Part shown: in pieces, positions 62,623 through 64,000 of the stretch
Position numbering within the stretch: position 1 is the first letter of the stretch
Layout: each line of letters opens with the position of its first letter
Source: Podarcis erhardii
Taxonomy: Eukaryota
Direction: 5' to 3' (one strand)
DNA: 64,000 nt
Assembly (NCBI GenBank): GCA_964252035.1
Contig: OZ176205.1
Position numbers and translations under genes: made by a program
Notes under the pieces: generated by a model
What the model saw: the letters and a program-made list of their open reading frames with translations, nothing else
Database searches by the model: none
What the model was told of the DNA's origin: nothing

Positions 62623-63439
62623 AGAATAGTTGGACCATTCTCGCCCAACTTGGCATAAGCTTCACCTGACCTTAACTAGTAATTCCCTTCCTATTCCTAG
62701 TGGAAGCCCACTTAAACAGTAGCAAGATCAGGAGAGATTTGGGGAAATCAAAAAGAGGAAAATATCTGTGGCTTGCTCAAGCCAAGCACATATTCTTTGA
62801 ATTATTGGCTAAGTGGTGTCATCCAAAGTTACAATGTAGGGTTTGGAAAAAGCAAAGTCCATGCTTATTATTTTACTGGAAAGCTTAAGGAGTGCTCCTG
62901 GAATCTACTTTTAATAAGTATGGGAACCTTTTAATAAGGGGCCAATGGGAAGAAAATGCCAGGTAGAAGAATTAGAACAAGCTGAACGTGACACAGAAGC
63001 TGAAGGAAGAGTATTTATCTTTCAGATGGCTGGAGGCGGAAAGGCTTGAAAATTAAAGACTTCTGCATTGTTTGGCAGGAGCCCCTTCACTTCAGGGCAG
63101 GAGGCTTCCAGCAATGAAAAAAAATTGAAGATGCTCTGAGGAACAGGATGAAAACAGTAGATCATGTTGGTCATAAATGTTCTCTCAGTAGGGATGTTGC
63201 TATAAATGCTATAAAGTTTGCCGAGAGAGGGTTAAAGCATGTGATGATTTCACTCCTACTGAAGTCAAAGGACTTCTACTTTTTTGGCCAGGTTGTATGG
63301 ACACAATCCAGTTGAAAATACTAAAATATACATCACTGAAATGTGTTCCCCAGCTTCTGATTCCGTGGGCGCTCAGAGTAGGTCACGATAAATTGATAAA
63401 AGTCTGTATAAAGGAGCAATGACTACAACAAAATCCCAT

Positions 63440-64000
63440 TTTTGCGAAACCTCCCCCCTAAATAAATTCACACATGACTCAAATTTTGGTTTTGGTTTTT
63501 GGCAGAATTTAGGCCACTTTATTGATTACAGAAAGTGACTGGTTGCATAGGCTCTGGTTCGACTAGCTCCCTGCCATGCAGGTAGCGCTGACCCAGGGTT
63601 CCAGCGTAGGTCAACCAAGGGTGAACACTTGGATAAGTGGAAAGCAGGGAATGGGCTAACTCCGCCACCCAAATGTCCCCCTGGACTCAGGTATGGGCAC
63701 AACCCCCTCACAGGGGTTGACCAAACCATCGAGTCCCTGGATTCCTTTAACAGAATACCCTTCACATAGGGATGGCGAGAGCCTTCTCCCATCCCTGTCA
63801 CCCGAACCAGAGCCTATCCGCAAGCTTACAAGTTGCTACGCGGCAGGCGAAACCCAAATGGCAACAGCCAATCAGCCAAGTGGGGGAAATTCCTGCCGTG
63901 CCCCTGTCCCAATGACAGAAGACACACAACGGCATAGCAAGGTCAAGCGCAAGCCCTAAATATAGGGAGAGGTGGGTGGGTGTTCCGAATGCACGCGCCG
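63440..64000 (-). mobile_element. Unclassified LTR-like element end (runs off the window)
   Basis: Abrupt rise in GC and CpG, minus-strand AATAAAGTGGCC near 63520, CCAAT-like and TATA-like motifs, internal 15-bp inverted repeat. Confidence 0.4.

Noticed and set aside
50084-64000. 3' exons of TGFBR3, the expected next gene by synteny
   Set aside because: No exon resembling TGFBR3 was recognised; it probably lies beyond the window.

Overview
Eukaryotic genomic DNA from a squamate reptile, probably a lacertid lizard (inferred from Sauria SINEs, a tRNA-Lys/CR1-tailed SINE and BovB). It contains the whole CDC7 kinase gene on the + strand. A CpG-island promoter at about 20.8-21.5 kb precedes 11 coding exons from 30236 to 50083, which join into one open frame of 1677 nt (558 aa + stop). 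The 5' end of the meiotic helicase gene HFM1 lies on the - strand (coding exons 4095-4156 and 2524-2636), matching the HFM1-CDC7 divergent order I recall from other amniotes. The rest is dense with transposons: an uninterrupted Rex1/Babar-type RT frame at the left edge, Sauria SINEs, BovB/RTE, CR1, L2 and L1 fragments, a solo LTR, and several hAT and Tc1/mariner MITE families, often nested. I did not find a convincing new multi-gene system. The most unusual observations are MITE shells with different GC-rich palindromic or minisatellite interiors, spacer-less palindromes of 40 and 58 bp, four CDC7 exons that begin with a donor-like GT, a Cys-to-Phe change at a normally conserved CDC7 position, an ambiguous next HFM1 exon, and an unexplained smORF/enhancer-like block at 16.2-16.8 kb. 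Comparisons with human or yeast proteins and repeat families are from memory, not from searches.
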